The notes beneath the pieces were generated by a model. It was given only the letters and a program-made list of their open reading frames with translations. It made no database searches and was not told where the DNA came from. The position numbers were made by a program, and so were the translations under genes. A stretch of 64,000 nucleotides of DNA from Stegostoma tigrinum (lineage: Eukaryota). Shown here one piece after another: positions 39,358 through 52,197 of the stretch. The number at the start of each line of letters is the position of its first letter. Within the stretch, counting starts at the first letter, position 1. The DNA lies in assembly GCF_030684315.1 (NCBI RefSeq), contig NC_081398.1, positions 7,613,226-7,677,225 on the forward strand, written 5' to 3'.

Positions 39358-41237
39358 GTAATGTGTGCCCGATTATAGTTTCTATCACCCTAAACCACTC
39401 CTTAATCCATGACTTTTATGATTTCTTCTGTAGGTTTCTTGATCTGTGGCATGATTTGTTTTCACGTTTTCAGTCAGAAACTGGTTAATGAATATGTATC
39501 AAGATGGTGGACAGGTGGAGAAGTGTGAGTTTGTTCACTTTCCTCATACAAATAGAAGGGCAGCAGAGGTTTTAAAAGCATGAAACTGGTGTGCAGTATT
39601 CAGAGACTTGGGTGTACTCACACAGGGAGAAATGATGTAACTTCAGATATAACAAGCAATGAAGGTAAGTGGCGTACTGGCCTTGATTGAAATAGGGTTG
39701 GAGTGCAGCAAAGACACTTTTCTGCAAGTATACAGGGTTTTGTTGAGACCATAGTTAGTATATTCAGTACCATTTTGGTCTCTGTATTTTAGGGTACAGT
39801 GGAAGTTGAGTGGATTGGCCCTCATTGTCCCTCAGGGCTGAGTAAATGGGACCAAAACTCTTGGAATTATGAAGGATAATGTGATCTGTCAGAAATGTCA
39901 AACCAACACTGAAAGTTGTTTCTGCTAGCTGGACAATCTAGACCGCAAAGATTGGTTTGTGGATAAGGGGTCAGTCGTTAAGGTCTCCATTGAGAAGTGA
40001 CTTATCACAGTGTTCAGAATTGCCTGGCCCAAGAGAGTTGATTGCTCCACTGTTGAGTGTATTTGAGTCTGGGATAGACAGTTTTGAATTGTCGAATTTG
40101 GTAATTGGGTGGGAAAGTGGAGTTGAAACTCTAGACGAGTATTGAATGTATTGAGCAGCAAAGCAAGCTGAAGAACTTTACTAGTCTGTTGCTGTTCCTA
40201 TTTCTTGTGTTCTTATGGTGACCTATGCTTTTAGCAATTGTTCCAGACTTGATGTATTGTACAGTGGATATAGAGTTGTCTAGCCCAGAAGGTCCAAAGT
40301 TTTTATTCACAAGGAGCTGTTCCAAGTTACATTGTGGTTATCTGGTAGGCCTCTGTATCCCTGGATTAGTAAGAGGAGTGAGCATATGGGTGAACTTTGG
40401 TCTCCTGGTTGTTTGGTCATTGACACCTGTTGGGTGGGTGCCGTTTCTGTTGGTCCACAGCAGGATTAGAGTGATGGTGCAGTTCATCTATGGTCAGACT
40501 GCCTGCTGACACTTTTGAGCGATAGCCACTCAGATGCAACAGCCAGAGAGTTGGCTGCCAGTCTGGGAGCTGTGCCCTGCATGAGTTGGCAAGGGAAAAT
40601 CTGGATTCAAGGGGAGAGTAGTGAGGTGGATTATATATTGTCAAAGGAAAACTATTTATTCTCAAACCATGCAGTTCTCTTGCTGATGCTCATGGTGTGG
40701 CATTTGAGGAGGGCCTTGCTAAGATTAAGCACTGATGGTATGATTCCAAGTCAGGCTGATATGTGGTTTGGAGGCACTTTTCAGATGGTGTTACTGAAAA
40801 ATATGTGCAGTTGCCCTTCTCAAGGGGCCTAGGTAATGCAAGATTATTGTGTTCCTTCCTGTGGCTAATGTTGCAACCACAAGATTCTCTTGACTTCTTC
40901 TTACTGATGTCTCCATTTGCAATCTCCCAACTGTTTGGCAGCAAGCCAGCAGGTAGGAAATTTGATCAACTCAGTTGCATTTATCTGTTATCAATTTCAC
41001 TCCCCTTTATGTCTAGTGTGTTTCTGTCCCTTTTGTGAGGAGGATGTTGGGACTCATGTATAACTAGGTTTTGCTGCCCAACATACTAGATCACAAAAGA
41101 ACCAACCTAGATTGTTGCTGTTTGTCTGTTTTTTTGATGCAGAAAGTTGGAGGGGTGTGAGGAGGCAGGCTTCTCAATTCAGTCCGTCGCCAGCTAAACC
41201 AGCCACATCCCAGAGTAACTAACCTGTTCCTTTCCAG

Positions 41238-41381
41238 GAGGAGGTCGTTCGATTTCAGAGGGAACAGCAGGAGGAGGTTGCCCGGCGCCAAAGAGAAGAG
41301 GAGGATCGTCGACAAGAGGAAGCCCTGAGGCGACGTGATGAAGAAGAAAGACGGCAGATGGAGGACATCCTCCGTAAGCAG
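41238..41381 (+). CDS. GIGYF1: coding exon 19 (EEVVRFQREQ...ILRKQ), E/R-rich helix
   Basis: branch-point-like taactaac about 15 nt upstream, ttccag| and |gtgatt, 144 nt. Confidence 0.93.
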
Positions 41382-42274
41382 GTGATTTGCTACGCCTTTC
41401 ACGTTGGGAGCGGTGAGGTATGTGTGTTGGGCAACCCTCCTTTAAGCTGCAACAGACAGATGTATTACTGGCCCCTCAGTCCCCATCAAGCCTTTTCATT
41501 CAGTTCAGTGACTTGAGCAAAGACTGAGAAATAAAGAGGCCACATTATGGAGCCCTGTATAATTGCTGCATGCATTGTGGGTGCACAGAGATCTTGCTGC
41601 AAAATATCTGCGCACCCACAACGCATGTAGCATTCTCCAGGATTTTCACAGAGCAAAGTTCAGACTGGTGTGATATTGCCTTTTTTATTTAAAAGACCTA
41701 TGTTTTGCTGCTTCAGAGATAGAAACCTATAACAAGAGGAGGCCACTTGACCTGTTGTGCCAGTGCTCGCTTTCAGAAAGAGTAATTCTTCTGTAACCGT
41801 GCAAGTTCCCCATCCTCCATTGATAATTTCAATTAGCGCCACCTTATTCAGGTAATGATTAGATCCTATAACTGAGTGGGTGAGGAAAATATATCTCCTT
41901 TATCCCCCTTCATAAATTATTTTAAATCTTCAATCTCTGGTTATAGACATGGCACAGAATTAGGCCATTTGGCTTATCAGTTTCATGTAGTTCCCTATAT
42001 GGCAGTCCACTCATACTTTATTGATGCACTTATCAGAGGAAATAATTTTTTCTATCTCTGCAATAATCTTGACAACCTCTCTAAGGTCATCTCTTAATCC
42101 CTCTGTTCTGAGAAGAGCCTTCACTTTTCCACCCTCCCCTCTGACGTCCCTCATCCCAACCAACCACCTCTGAACCTTGTAGAAAATCATATATTTACAT
42201 TCTCTTCTATGTTTCTACACTCCCAAAAACGCAAGAGTTAGATGCAGGAATAGGCAATTTTGGACCCTCCCACT

Positions 42275-44348
42275 GAGGCAAGGAAAGGATGGTAAGAGGA
42301 AGGAGCCTTGGACGACAAGACATGTTGAACACCTAGTCAAGAGCAAGAAGGAACCTTACTTAAGGTTGAGGAACCAAGGATCAGACAGGGCTCTAGAGGT
42401 CTACAAGGTAGTCAGGAAGGAACTAAAGAATGGATTTAGGAGAACTAGAAGGGGGTATGAGAAAACCTTGGCAGATAGGACCAAGGAAAACCCCAAGGCT
42501 ATATATGCTTGAGTGAGGAACAAGAGGATGGCCAGAGTGAGGGTAGGGCCAATCGTGGACAGCGGAGGGAACTTGTGTGTGGACTCACAGGAGGTAGGGG
42601 AGGTCCTTAATGAATACTTCACTTCAGTATTCAGCAGTGACAGGGACCTTGACGTTTGTGAGAACAGCATGAAACGGGCAGATATGCTCAAGCAGGTTGT
42701 TGTTAGAAAGGAGGATATGCTACAAATTTTTTTAAACATGAGGATTGATAAGTCCCCTGGGCCAAATGGGATATACCCAAGGTTTCTATGGGAAGCGAGG
42801 GAAGAGATTGATGCCCCTTTGGCAATGATCTTTGCATTCTTGTTGTCCACTGGAGTAGTGCCAGAAGATTGGCGGGTGGCAAATGTCATTCCCTTATTCA
42901 AGAAGGAATAGGGATAATCCTGGAAATTACAGACCAGTCAGTCTGTCTTCTGAAGTGAGCAAATTATTGGAGAGGATTCTGAGAGATAGTATTGATGATT
43001 GTTTGGAAGAGCACAGTTTGATTAGAAATAGTCAGCATGGCTTTGAGAGGGGCAGGTTAGACAGAGGATCTCAATCGGCACAGGCTTGGAGGGCTGAAGG
43101 GCCTGTTCCTGTGCTGTAATTTTCTTTGTTCTTTGTCACACCTCACAAGCCTCAGTGAATTCTTTGAGGATGTGACAAAACACATCGATGAAGGTAGAGC
43201 GGTGAATGTGGTGAATATGGATTTTGGCAAGGCATTCAAAAAGGCTCCACGTGGTAGGCTCATTCAGAAAGTAAGGAGTCATGAGATTAAGGGAAATTTG
43301 GCTGTCTAATAGATGACAGAGGGTGGTAGTAGATGGAAAGTATTCAGCCTGGAGTTCGGTGACCAGTGGTGTTCCGCAGGGATCTGTTCTGGGACCTCTG
43401 CTCTTTGTGATCTTTATAAATGACTTGGATGAGGAAGTAGAAGGGTGGGTTAGTAAATTTGCCGATAACATGAAGGTTGGTGGAGTTGTGGACAACGTGG
43501 AGGGCCGTTGTAGGTTGCAAAAGGACATTGACAGGATGCAGAGCTGGGCAAAGAAGTGGCAGATGGAATTCAACACAGAAAAGAGTGAAGTGATTCATTT
43601 TGGAAGTTTGAATTTGAATGCAGAATACAGGGTTAATGACAGGATTCTCGGCAGTGTGGAGGAACAGAGAGATCTTGGGGTCCACATCCATAGATCCCTC
43701 AAAGTTGCGACCTAAGTTGATAGGGTTGAAAAGAAGGCATATGGTGTGTTAGCTTTCATTGGCAGGGGATTTGCGTTTAAGAGCCGTGATGTTATGCTAC
43801 AGCTCTATAAAACTCTGGTTAGACCACACATGGAATATTATGCTCAGTTCTAGTCACCTCATTATAGGAAAGATGTGAAAGTTTTAGAGAGGATGCCGAG
43901 GAGATTTACCAGTATGCTGCCTGTACTGTGGTACGTTTAGGGCTAGGGTCACGTCTTATTTCGAAGGGTTGAGGGAGCCAGAGCTTTTTTTCATTGGAGC
44001 GAAGAAGGAATGAGAGGTGACTTGATAGAGGTTTACATGATAAGAGGCGTGGATAGTCAGATGTTTTCCCAAGGCAGAAATGACTATTACGAGGGGGCAC
44101 AATTTTAAGGTGGATGGAGGAAGGTGCAGGGGAGATGTGAGAGGTAGGTTCTTCACAGTGTTGGTGGTCACGTGGAATGCGCTGCCGCCAGTGGTAGCGG
44201 AGTCAGATACATCAGAGACTTTTAAACGACTCTTGGATAGGCACATGGAGGATAGTAAAATATAGGGTACGCAGAGTAGATTGATCTTCGTAGGATAATA
44301 GGTTGACACGACAAGGGCCTGTACTTAGCTGTACTGTTCTGTGTTCTA
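42275..44348 (+). mobile_element. 5'-truncated CR1/HER1-like LINE, about 2 kb
   Basis: [40 protein letters not shown] motifs; several stops; very similar to the reverse complement of 1734-3253. Confidence 0.95.
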
Positions 44349-45399
44349 ACATCTGCAAATAGTGTGACTAATCTGATTGTGGCCACAACTTTATCTTTCT
44401 GCCTTCACCCGAGAAACTTCAACTCCCTTGTCAGTCAAAAAGCCTCTCTAACTTTGTTTTGAGAGTACTCAATAACTCACCCTCCACTGCTATCTAAGAG
44501 AATTCTACCAACCCTCGAGAAAAAGATTCTTCATCTCCATTTCAAACATTTCCACTTTAAGCTAGCATCTCTGTTTAAATGAGCAACTCTAAATATTTAA
44601 ACCATGTCCTGTAGTTCTAAACAACCCCCTGCACAAAGGGAAATACTGTCTCAATATCTGCCCTGTCAAATCTCCTCAATTTTGAATTTTTTTTTAGTCA
44701 GATCACCCCTCTCGACCTCTAAGCTGTGCAACCGCTCCAAAAGTTAGTGTGTTTCCTAGCATTGACTTCCAGTTTTATAAGTTGCTCAAATGTCAGCACA
44801 TAAGAAAAAAAAAATGAGGAAATGTAGGGCTCGCCCTCAACTTTTCTTCATAAGCCAGCACCTTTATCCCAGGAATAAACCTAGTGAATCTTCTGTGAGC
44901 TACTCCTAATGCAACTATTCCCTTCAGGAGACTAAAAATACACGCAGTGCTCTAGATTTGGTGTCACTAAGATTTGAAGTATTGCGAGAGGGGTTGGAAG
45001 TGGTGCTTATTGTCGATGGCATTCCACATAGGAAAAAATGGTTTATCCTCCTGTATAATTTTCCTCTTCTTTTTCTAGTTCCCTACATGTAATGGTAGGT
45101 TAGAAAGTCTAAGAGCCCTAGTAATGATGGAGAGTGTTAGAGGTTCCACTGCACTGCCTACCCCATGCTGCTGCTGCCTTTTACAGTATCTTATTGACAG
45201 ATTGGGCACTGGGAAATTGTATTATAAATCCACACTAGATGTTGCAATATTGAGGCAAGCCCTTCCAGCTGTTTTGATGAAGCTGCACCCTGGCCGCCTC
45301 CAACTACTTTTTGTCATCCAAGCAACTTTGAGCTCAGTTGTATGCACTTTCTCCTCTAAGTCATGAGATCCCAGGTTAACAAGTCCCATTCTGGAACTT

Positions 45400-45705
45400 T
45401 GAGACTGATGCTCAGGTGCAGCTGCACTCTTAGATGTGATGTCTCCCTGCTTGGAAAGATGTGGAATCTTCCATGGCATTCTTTCTGGAGAGTTCCTTCT
45501 GGCTAGTATTTATCCCAAAGCCACCATCGCAGAATAAAATTACCTGGTCATGATCACATTGCTTATAAAACCATAATGTAGAACAAAGGATTTAATTCTG
45601 TTCCACCATTCAATCATGGCTGTGGAATCTTGCTGTGCACAAATTGGCTGCCACATTTCCAACAGCAGCTGAGTCAAAATTACTTTGGCTGTAAGGTGCT
45701 TTGAT
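45400..45705 (+). mobile_element. Deu-domain SINE-like remnant (SacSINE1/AmnSINE-like)
   Basis: ggaatcttgctgtgcacaaattggctgcc...tggctgtaaggtgctttg; related reverse fragments near 24190-24330 and 26250-26340. Family recognised from memory. Confidence 0.55.
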
Positions 45706-45841
45706 TCTCTGTGATTGTGCAAGTTATTACATAGACGCAAGTCCTCCTTTCCTTCCCTTTGCCCCACGTGTGCAGCCTCACCCGAAATGCATCTGTGCTT
45801 CTCTTCTCATCTGCTCTATGTCATCACGTCTTGTTGTTCAG

Positions 45842-46066
45842 GAGAAAGACAGGAGGCAACAGGATGAAACGCGCCGGTGGCTGGAGGAAGAGGAGAGCAG
45901 GCGCCAATTGGAGGAGGAAGCCAGGCGAAGGCTTGCCGAGGAGGAGGAACGGAAACGAAAGGAAATGGATCTGCAGCTTCAGCGGCAGCAGGAGATGCTG
46001 CGACACAGGCAGCAGCAAGAGGCTCTGAGGCGTTTACAGCAGCAGCAGCAATTAGCACACATAAAG
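45842..46066 (+). CDS. GIGYF1: coding exon 20 (EKDRRQQ...QQQLAHIK)
   Basis: gttcag| and |gtaaca, 225 nt. Confidence 0.94.
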
Positions 46067-46539
46067 GTAACACTCACCTGCCAGTGCTGCTGGAAACTTG
46101 CATCACTGGATCTCTGTGCTTATCTGAAGTCCTGGATTTGATTCCCATTAGATCAAAATCTCCTTGCAGTTTGTTGAATGAGATGAGTCTGACTCATCTG
46201 AGCTTGTCTCAATCTAGTACTAGTTGTACCCTTAGCATTTGTAATACAATTATCCTTTACCACTAGCCTCTTACAAACTTGCTGATCCATGTATGCTGGG
46301 CCTCTGACCATGGGTGTGGATTCTAATTGAACTGATGTTGACTGTCTCTCACTCTTCAAAAGACACAAAAAGGTCGACAGAGAACAGTGTTATCACCATT
46401 TCCTGCAGCAAGTGAAAGGGCCACGTCAAAAGGACTTGTGGATTTTTATTCTCTCCCCTTCTGTATAACAATGCATGTCTTCTTGGGAGCTGTCTTAAGG
46501 GGAAGGATTCCATGAAATTTGCTAATCTTGTAATATTGG

Positions 46540-46885
46540 GAATTGGATGAAGGACCTCACTGCTGAGGTCAACATTTATCACTCATCCCTTAATTGACCT
46601 TGAAGCGTGGCTAACCCAGCCGTTTTCAGAGAGCAGTTCGGTATCAACCATGTTGCTGTGGGTCTGGATTCACGTGTAGGTCAGACCAGGTAGGCATGGT
46701 AGGTTTCTTTCTCTGAAATGTAATTAGATGTTTAATAACTAACAGTAATGATTTCTGAAGTCACTTAGCAGTTTGTTAACTGATTAAATTCCTGGAGTTG
46801 CTACAGTGGGATTTGAAACCATGCCCCCACAGCATGACCCTACACGGCTGGTTTATTGGTTCACTGACGTATCCACTTGGCCACT
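46540..46885 (-). mobile_element. dispersed tRNA-headed SINE; related copies near 20110-20530 (-), 55410-55800 (-), 58795-59105 (+)
   Basis: Shared blocks tgttgctgtgggtctgga...ggtaa/ggtag and gtgggatttgaa in several introns. Confidence 0.6.
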
Positions 46886-47009
46886 GTTCTGTGTGGGTGA
46901 AGCATAACCACTAGGACAGACAGACCTGTTGGACTGAATGATCGGTTTCTGTGTTGGTGATGTCACTAAACATTGCCATGTCTGAAATGAACTGTTGTTT
47001 CTTCATCAG

Positions 47010-47102
47010 ATCCCCTCTTCTACTTCATGGGGGCAGCAGTCCAACTCGGTACCACCACTTCAGAAATTGGAGGAAGAAAGGGAGCGACACCGCAGGGAGG
47101 AG
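47010..47102 (+). CDS. GIGYF1: coding exon 21 (IPSSTSWGQQS...QKLEEERERHRREE)
   Basis: catcag| and |gtaaga, 93 nt; resembles GIGYF2 LPSSSTWGQQSN. Confidence 0.92.
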
Positions 47103-48763
47103 GTAAGAATGCACTCGGAGTCATAGAGGTATACAGCACGGAAACAGACCCATCGGTCCAACTTATCCATGCTGACCAGATATTCGATATAAATCTACTA
47201 CCCATTTGCTTGTTCAAAGCAAGGATATACTTGGATGCTACCACGTTGCTTGCTTTTTGCAGTCTGGGAGCCTATACGGGAACATATCTATTGCCAAGGT
47301 GAGCCTCTTCCTTTCCTTGCCTGACATTCCTGGACGTCTGTTTTGTCTGCTGTGGTTACAGTGATTTGTATCCCAGCTTTGTCACTGGAATTCTAAGGAA
47401 GACCTTTGCTTCCTGCCCGCTGTTCCTGGTGGAGACAAATGAAAGAAGCTAGCAGGTGGTTCAATGTGACCAGTATTTCTTTTGCCATAAGTAGTGCATG
47501 TGTGGCCACTGAGGCATCAACGAAGCTGGTATTTCTGATACAGAAGGGTCGGCAGGTTGGTGTAGATTGCTTTATATTGCCAAGAATTGCTATCGTCTGA
47601 ATTGCAGCCTTTCAAAGTGTACATGAGTTTCCATCACATGGTAATCTAACGCAGGATGAAAGTGATTCCACTCCAGGGACGTAAAATTCCTTCAGGCTCT
47701 GCTGTGCAGTCTTGCAAAACAAGTAAATTCTCCTGTCTCAGTGGGGTATGGCAGGAACTCTCCCCACCTTGTCTAAATGAGCACGAATCTTGAGAGACTT
47801 CAAATCGGTGTGGAAACCAGCAGGGTGTTTGACTTGCAGGCAGGCTTGACCCTGTCCTCCACTTTGAGGTCAGTGAGCAGAGAACCTTGAGCAGGAATAC
47901 CCTCCTCCTAACCTCTTCTGATTATTAAGACTATTTGTAAGACCTTTCACTCTCCTGAACTCACCCAACCAGTGCATGCTGTGAACTGAGTCCACCACAG
48001 TATGTCCTGTGCTGTTTAGTTTGCTGGATGCCTTTGCTAAGCTAGTGAACAGCTTTGACTTCATTTGTTGCAGTCAACAAAAAAGCAGTTTGCATTTCTC
48101 TGGTGCCCTTAACCTGTCCAAATGTCTCGAGGCCATTCATGTGTGCAATTGACCAAAATTTGATACCAAACCTCTTAGTGAGATGTTAAGAGGGTTCCAA
48201 AGCTCAGTCAGTAAGAATGAGGAGGGGAGGAATGAGAGGCAAATTTCAGAGCTTGGAACCTCCAGAAAGCTAAAGTGATGTAGCAATTAAAACCAGGCAA
48301 GCTCTCATGTCTAAAATTTGAGGAGCAGGAGGCATTTTGGAGATTATCGGGTCAGGGGTGATCGCGGAGATGAGGAAGGGCAAGACCTTGTTGGAACTTG
48401 AAAACAAGGCCAAATATTTTACACAAGGCAATGCCATACTGTAACGTGTAAATGCTATTGTGGTCTCATAATAGGACTCTCATTCTTGGCTTCTAAAGTC
48501 AGGCTGACATCAATGCATGCATCCATAGATTGAATAGTATTAAGGAGTCGATTGTACTAGATTTCTGCACGTAGAATGTAGTCTGTAGTTATTCTGCAGA
48601 CAAAGTGGTAGCTTGGTGTGCTATGGCTGATGGGCAGAAGTCAGCACCAGCTCGGGCTGTTCCCATCTATACATGTCAACCATCCGTGGTTAAAAGAACA
48701 TTTGTTCTGGCTTGATAATGCGTGTGTTCTACTGTTTGTAAATGCTAATGTTCTCTGTTGCAG

Positions 48764-48928
48764 CAGTGTCGTCAGCAACAGGAGATAATGAAAGCCCTTC
48801 AACAGCACCAGCAGCAGAAGTCACCTGGCTGGAACAATCTCCCCAAGCAGTCAATGTCTGTCAAGTCGTTATTGGAGATGCAGCAAGAGCTGCAGAAACA
48901 GCAACAGCAGAGGGCACAGGCACGAGCA
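48764..48928 (+). CDS. GIGYF1: coding exon 22 (QCRQQQEIMKAL...KSLLEMQQE...RA)
   Basis: NAGNAG acceptor cagcag; |gtgagt; 165 nt. Confidence 0.93.
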
Positions 48929-49344
48929 GTGAGTATCCTTTAGCCCACCCAAATGCAAATCCTTCCACACACAATGCCTTCTCTTGCCAAGTTGATTCTT
49001 TCTGGGGCTACATCTCTTTCCATCAGTGTGATGTTTATGTCAGTAAGGGCATTCACCTGTGTCTCTCACTTGAACCCCATGCTGTCCTTGCCAGAGGCAC
49101 ACTGTTGTGAGCCAAGGAAATGAACAGCTTCAGGCACAAACTATGGTAATGTCACAGATCCTTCCAAAATTTGTTCACGTGTAGAAACTGCAGTCAGGTA
49201 AGAGAAGTCACAAAGATGCAGAGCCATCTTGGCTTTACCTCAGTGGCACTTCTGTTGCAGTATTGCTTGGCTGCCACCTCTGCATCAGGTGGTTAGTGCA
49301 CTTCAGTCTCTAGTGGATATTAAGGGCTGTTACTGAAACACGGT

Positions 49345-51253
49345 TCACAAATAGACAGGACTGGTAGCTTAATGTTCTGGAGTATAGCTGCTGTAGGAGG
49401 GATAGAGAGGGAGGCAAGACAAGAGGGGTGTTGTGTTTTTGGTCAGGGATAACATTATGTCTGTACTTGGGGAGAAAGTTCCTGTGAAATCGTCCAGTGA
49501 TGTTACATGGGTGAAACAGAGAAATAAGAAAGGGATAATGACCTATTTGGGATTGTATTGTCAGCAACACGCACGTGCACACACTTTAGAAAATGAGAAG
49601 CAAATATCTTGGATATCTGTGAGAAAAGTAGGATTATAATGGTAGAGGATTTTAACTTTACAAAAATAGACAGGACTTTTATAGTTTTAACGGGTTGGGT
49701 AGGAAGGCTTTAAGCATGTACAAACTTTCTTTTTCAATATGTGGATGTACTGACTAGAGGAAGAGCAATACATTTCATTCTGTATGGAAATAGGGCAGGA
49801 CAGGTGACTGAGGTGTCAGTGGGGAAGCACTTTGGGGCTGGTGATTGTAATTCTACAGTGCATCTAGTGAACAGTACTCGCTGCTGCTGAGTGTCAGTGG
49901 ATGCTTGTGGGTGCAGTGCCAATCAAGTGGGCTACTTTGTCCTGAATGGTGTCAAGCTTCTTGAGTGCTGGAGCTGCACCTGTCCAGACAAGTGGGGAGT
50001 GTTCCATCACACTGCTGATTTGTGCCTTGTTGATAGACAGGCTTTCAGGAGTCAGAAAGTGAGTTACTCGCTGCAGTATTCATAGTGTGTGGCTTACTCT
50101 TGTAGCTACTGTATTTATGTGGTGCATCCAGTTGAGTTTCCGACCAATGATAATTCCCAGGATGATGGTTGTGGTGGACTGGTTGGTAAGGTTAGATCAC
50201 GTGGTATCCAGGGGACCTAGCCAGTTGGATTCAAAATTGGCCTGAAGGTAAGAGACAGTGGGTGGTGGTGGAGGGTTGCTTTTTGGAAGCCTGTGACCAG
50301 TGGTGTGCCACAGGGATTGGTGCTAGGTCTGCTGCTTTAGTCATTTATGTAAATCATTTTGATTGTGAATATAGGAGGCATGGTTAATAAGTTTGTTGAT
50401 GACAACGAAGTATTTGGAGTAGTGGACAGTGAAAGTGATTATCTTAGGGGACAACAAGACCTTGGTCAGATGGGTCAGTGGGCTAAGGAGTAGCAGATGG
50501 AGTTTAATTTACACAAATATGAGGTGTTGCATTTTGGTCACGGAAGCTAGGGCAGGTTAATGGTAAAGTTCTGGGGAGTGTTGCCGAACAGAGACCTAGG
50601 GGCGCTGAGCTCTTTGAAAGTGCGGTTGCAGGTCGACAGGGTGGTGAAGAAGGCATTTAGCACACTTGCCTTCATTGGTCAGAACATTGAGTATTGGAGT
50701 CAGAATGACATGTTGCAGCTGTACAGGACATTGGTGAGGCCACTTTTGGAATACTACTTGCAATTTTGGTTGTCCTTCTATAGGAAGGATGTTGTTAAAG
50801 GTGAGATGGTGCAGAAAAGATTTATGAGGATGCTACTGGGACTGAAGGGTTTGAGTTATCAGTGGAGGCTGAATTGGCTGGGGCATTTTACTCTGGAGTG
50901 TCAGGCTGAGGGGTGATTTTACAGAAGGGCAAAAATGGCCAGTTTCTTTTTCTTAGGGTGGGGAGTCCAAAAATAGAGGGGTTAGGTTTTTAAGGTGAGA
51001 AGCAAAAGTTTTAAAAAGGACCTGAGGGTTAACTTTTTCATGAATAGGATGGCGTGTGTATGGAACAAGCTGCCGGAGGACGTGTTGGAGGCTGGTAAAA
51101 TTGCAACATTTTAAAAGGTACCTGGATGAGTATATGAATGGGAAGGGTTTAGAGGCCAAATGATGGCAAATAGGACTATTTCACACTGGGATGTCTGGTT
51201 GGAATGAACGAGTTGAACCCCATGGTCAGTCTCCATGCTGAATGAATCTATGA
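49345..51253 (+). mobile_element. decayed CR1 LINE with deletions and a nested reverse LINE fragment (about 49860-50175)
   Basis: LQLYRTLVRPLLEY ORF 50560-50916; ggtgtgccacaggga motif; nested part similar to 3260-3420. Confidence 0.8.
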
Positions 51254-51302
51254 CAGAGAAAATTGAATATTGTTTCCGAAAAAGTGCTCGCTAAAATTCA
51301 GG

Positions 51303-51510
51303 GACAACACAATGTGGAACTGGAGGAATATAGTAGGCCAGGCAGCATCAGAGGAGCAGGAGATTTGATGTTTCGGGTTGGGACCCTTCTTCAAAAAAAA
51401 ATTTCTGAAGAAGGGTCCTGACCTGAAGCGTCAACTTTCTTGCTCCTCTGATGCTGCCTGGCCTGCTGTGTTCCTCCAGCTCCACATTGTGTTGTTTCTG
51501 ATTCCAGATC
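51303..51510. mobile_element. Penelope-derived fold-back element
   Basis: Inverted arms of about 90 bp around an A-rich loop at about 51393-51404. Confidence 0.8.
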
Positions 51511-51559
51511 TTGCTATTTCTTGATAAAATTCAGAAGCTTTTATTGATGATATATTTTG

Positions 51560-51830
51560 TGTTTACCTTTTCCTTCTCTGTCTTTTTCTTATCCCTTCTG
51601 CCACATCTTGTTCCTCTTCCTCATCATTCATGTTCATGGTTCTCTCTCACCATCAGCCTTTTCCTTCCCTTTCCCTTGTTCTTCAGATTTCCTCCTCTCT
51701 CACCCTCCTCCTCTGTCTCCCGATCTGTTTTCTCTCCTCAAGTTGCCTGTAGTGCCTTGCCCTCTCCTCTTGCCTTGCTCCTCATGGAGTACTTGTTTGC
51801 CCTCTGGCCTTTTCCTGATTCCCACTCAGT
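51560..51830 (+). repeat. CT-rich low-complexity tract
   Basis: Pyrimidine-rich for about 270 nt. Confidence 0.8.
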
Positions 51831-52000
51831 TTGTCTGAAATGGAGAGGCACCTGCTAACTAATTTCAGTTTATTTCACTTTGGGTTGGCCTGTTAGTTTG
51901 GCTCTGCAACCTCATAGTCAATAGCTCAGACATATTGCAGTGTTGTTTTTCTAAATCTTTGCTATTTACTTGCGGTGTCCTTGTTTTTGCCTGCCATTAG

Positions 52001-52197
52001 CATTCCAGTATGCCTATGAACAACTCTTCAGTGTGGGGATTGCCTGGCCAGTGGGGGTCCGATATGAGCAGCATGTGGAGCATGCACGAAAATAAGAACT
52101 CTAACATGAGCCTTTGGGGAGACGAAGCTGTGAAGAGCACAGGCCCTGTGATTAGAAGTGCTGGACTAAAGAACAGCAGGAGTAGTCCTTCATTGAG
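52001..52197 (+). CDS. GIGYF1: coding exon 23 (HSSMPMNNSSVWG...LKNSRSSPSL)
   Basis: cattag| and |gtttgt, 197 nt; LKNSRSSPSLS is GIGYF1-type. Confidence 0.94.

Noticed and set aside
41143-41237. Upstream alternative acceptor extending exon 19
   Set aside because: 95-nt extension is out of frame, and a good branch point sits right before the annotated acceptor.
51511-51858. Hydrophobic 115-aa membrane-like ORF
   Set aside because: Artefact of the CT-rich low-complexity tract.
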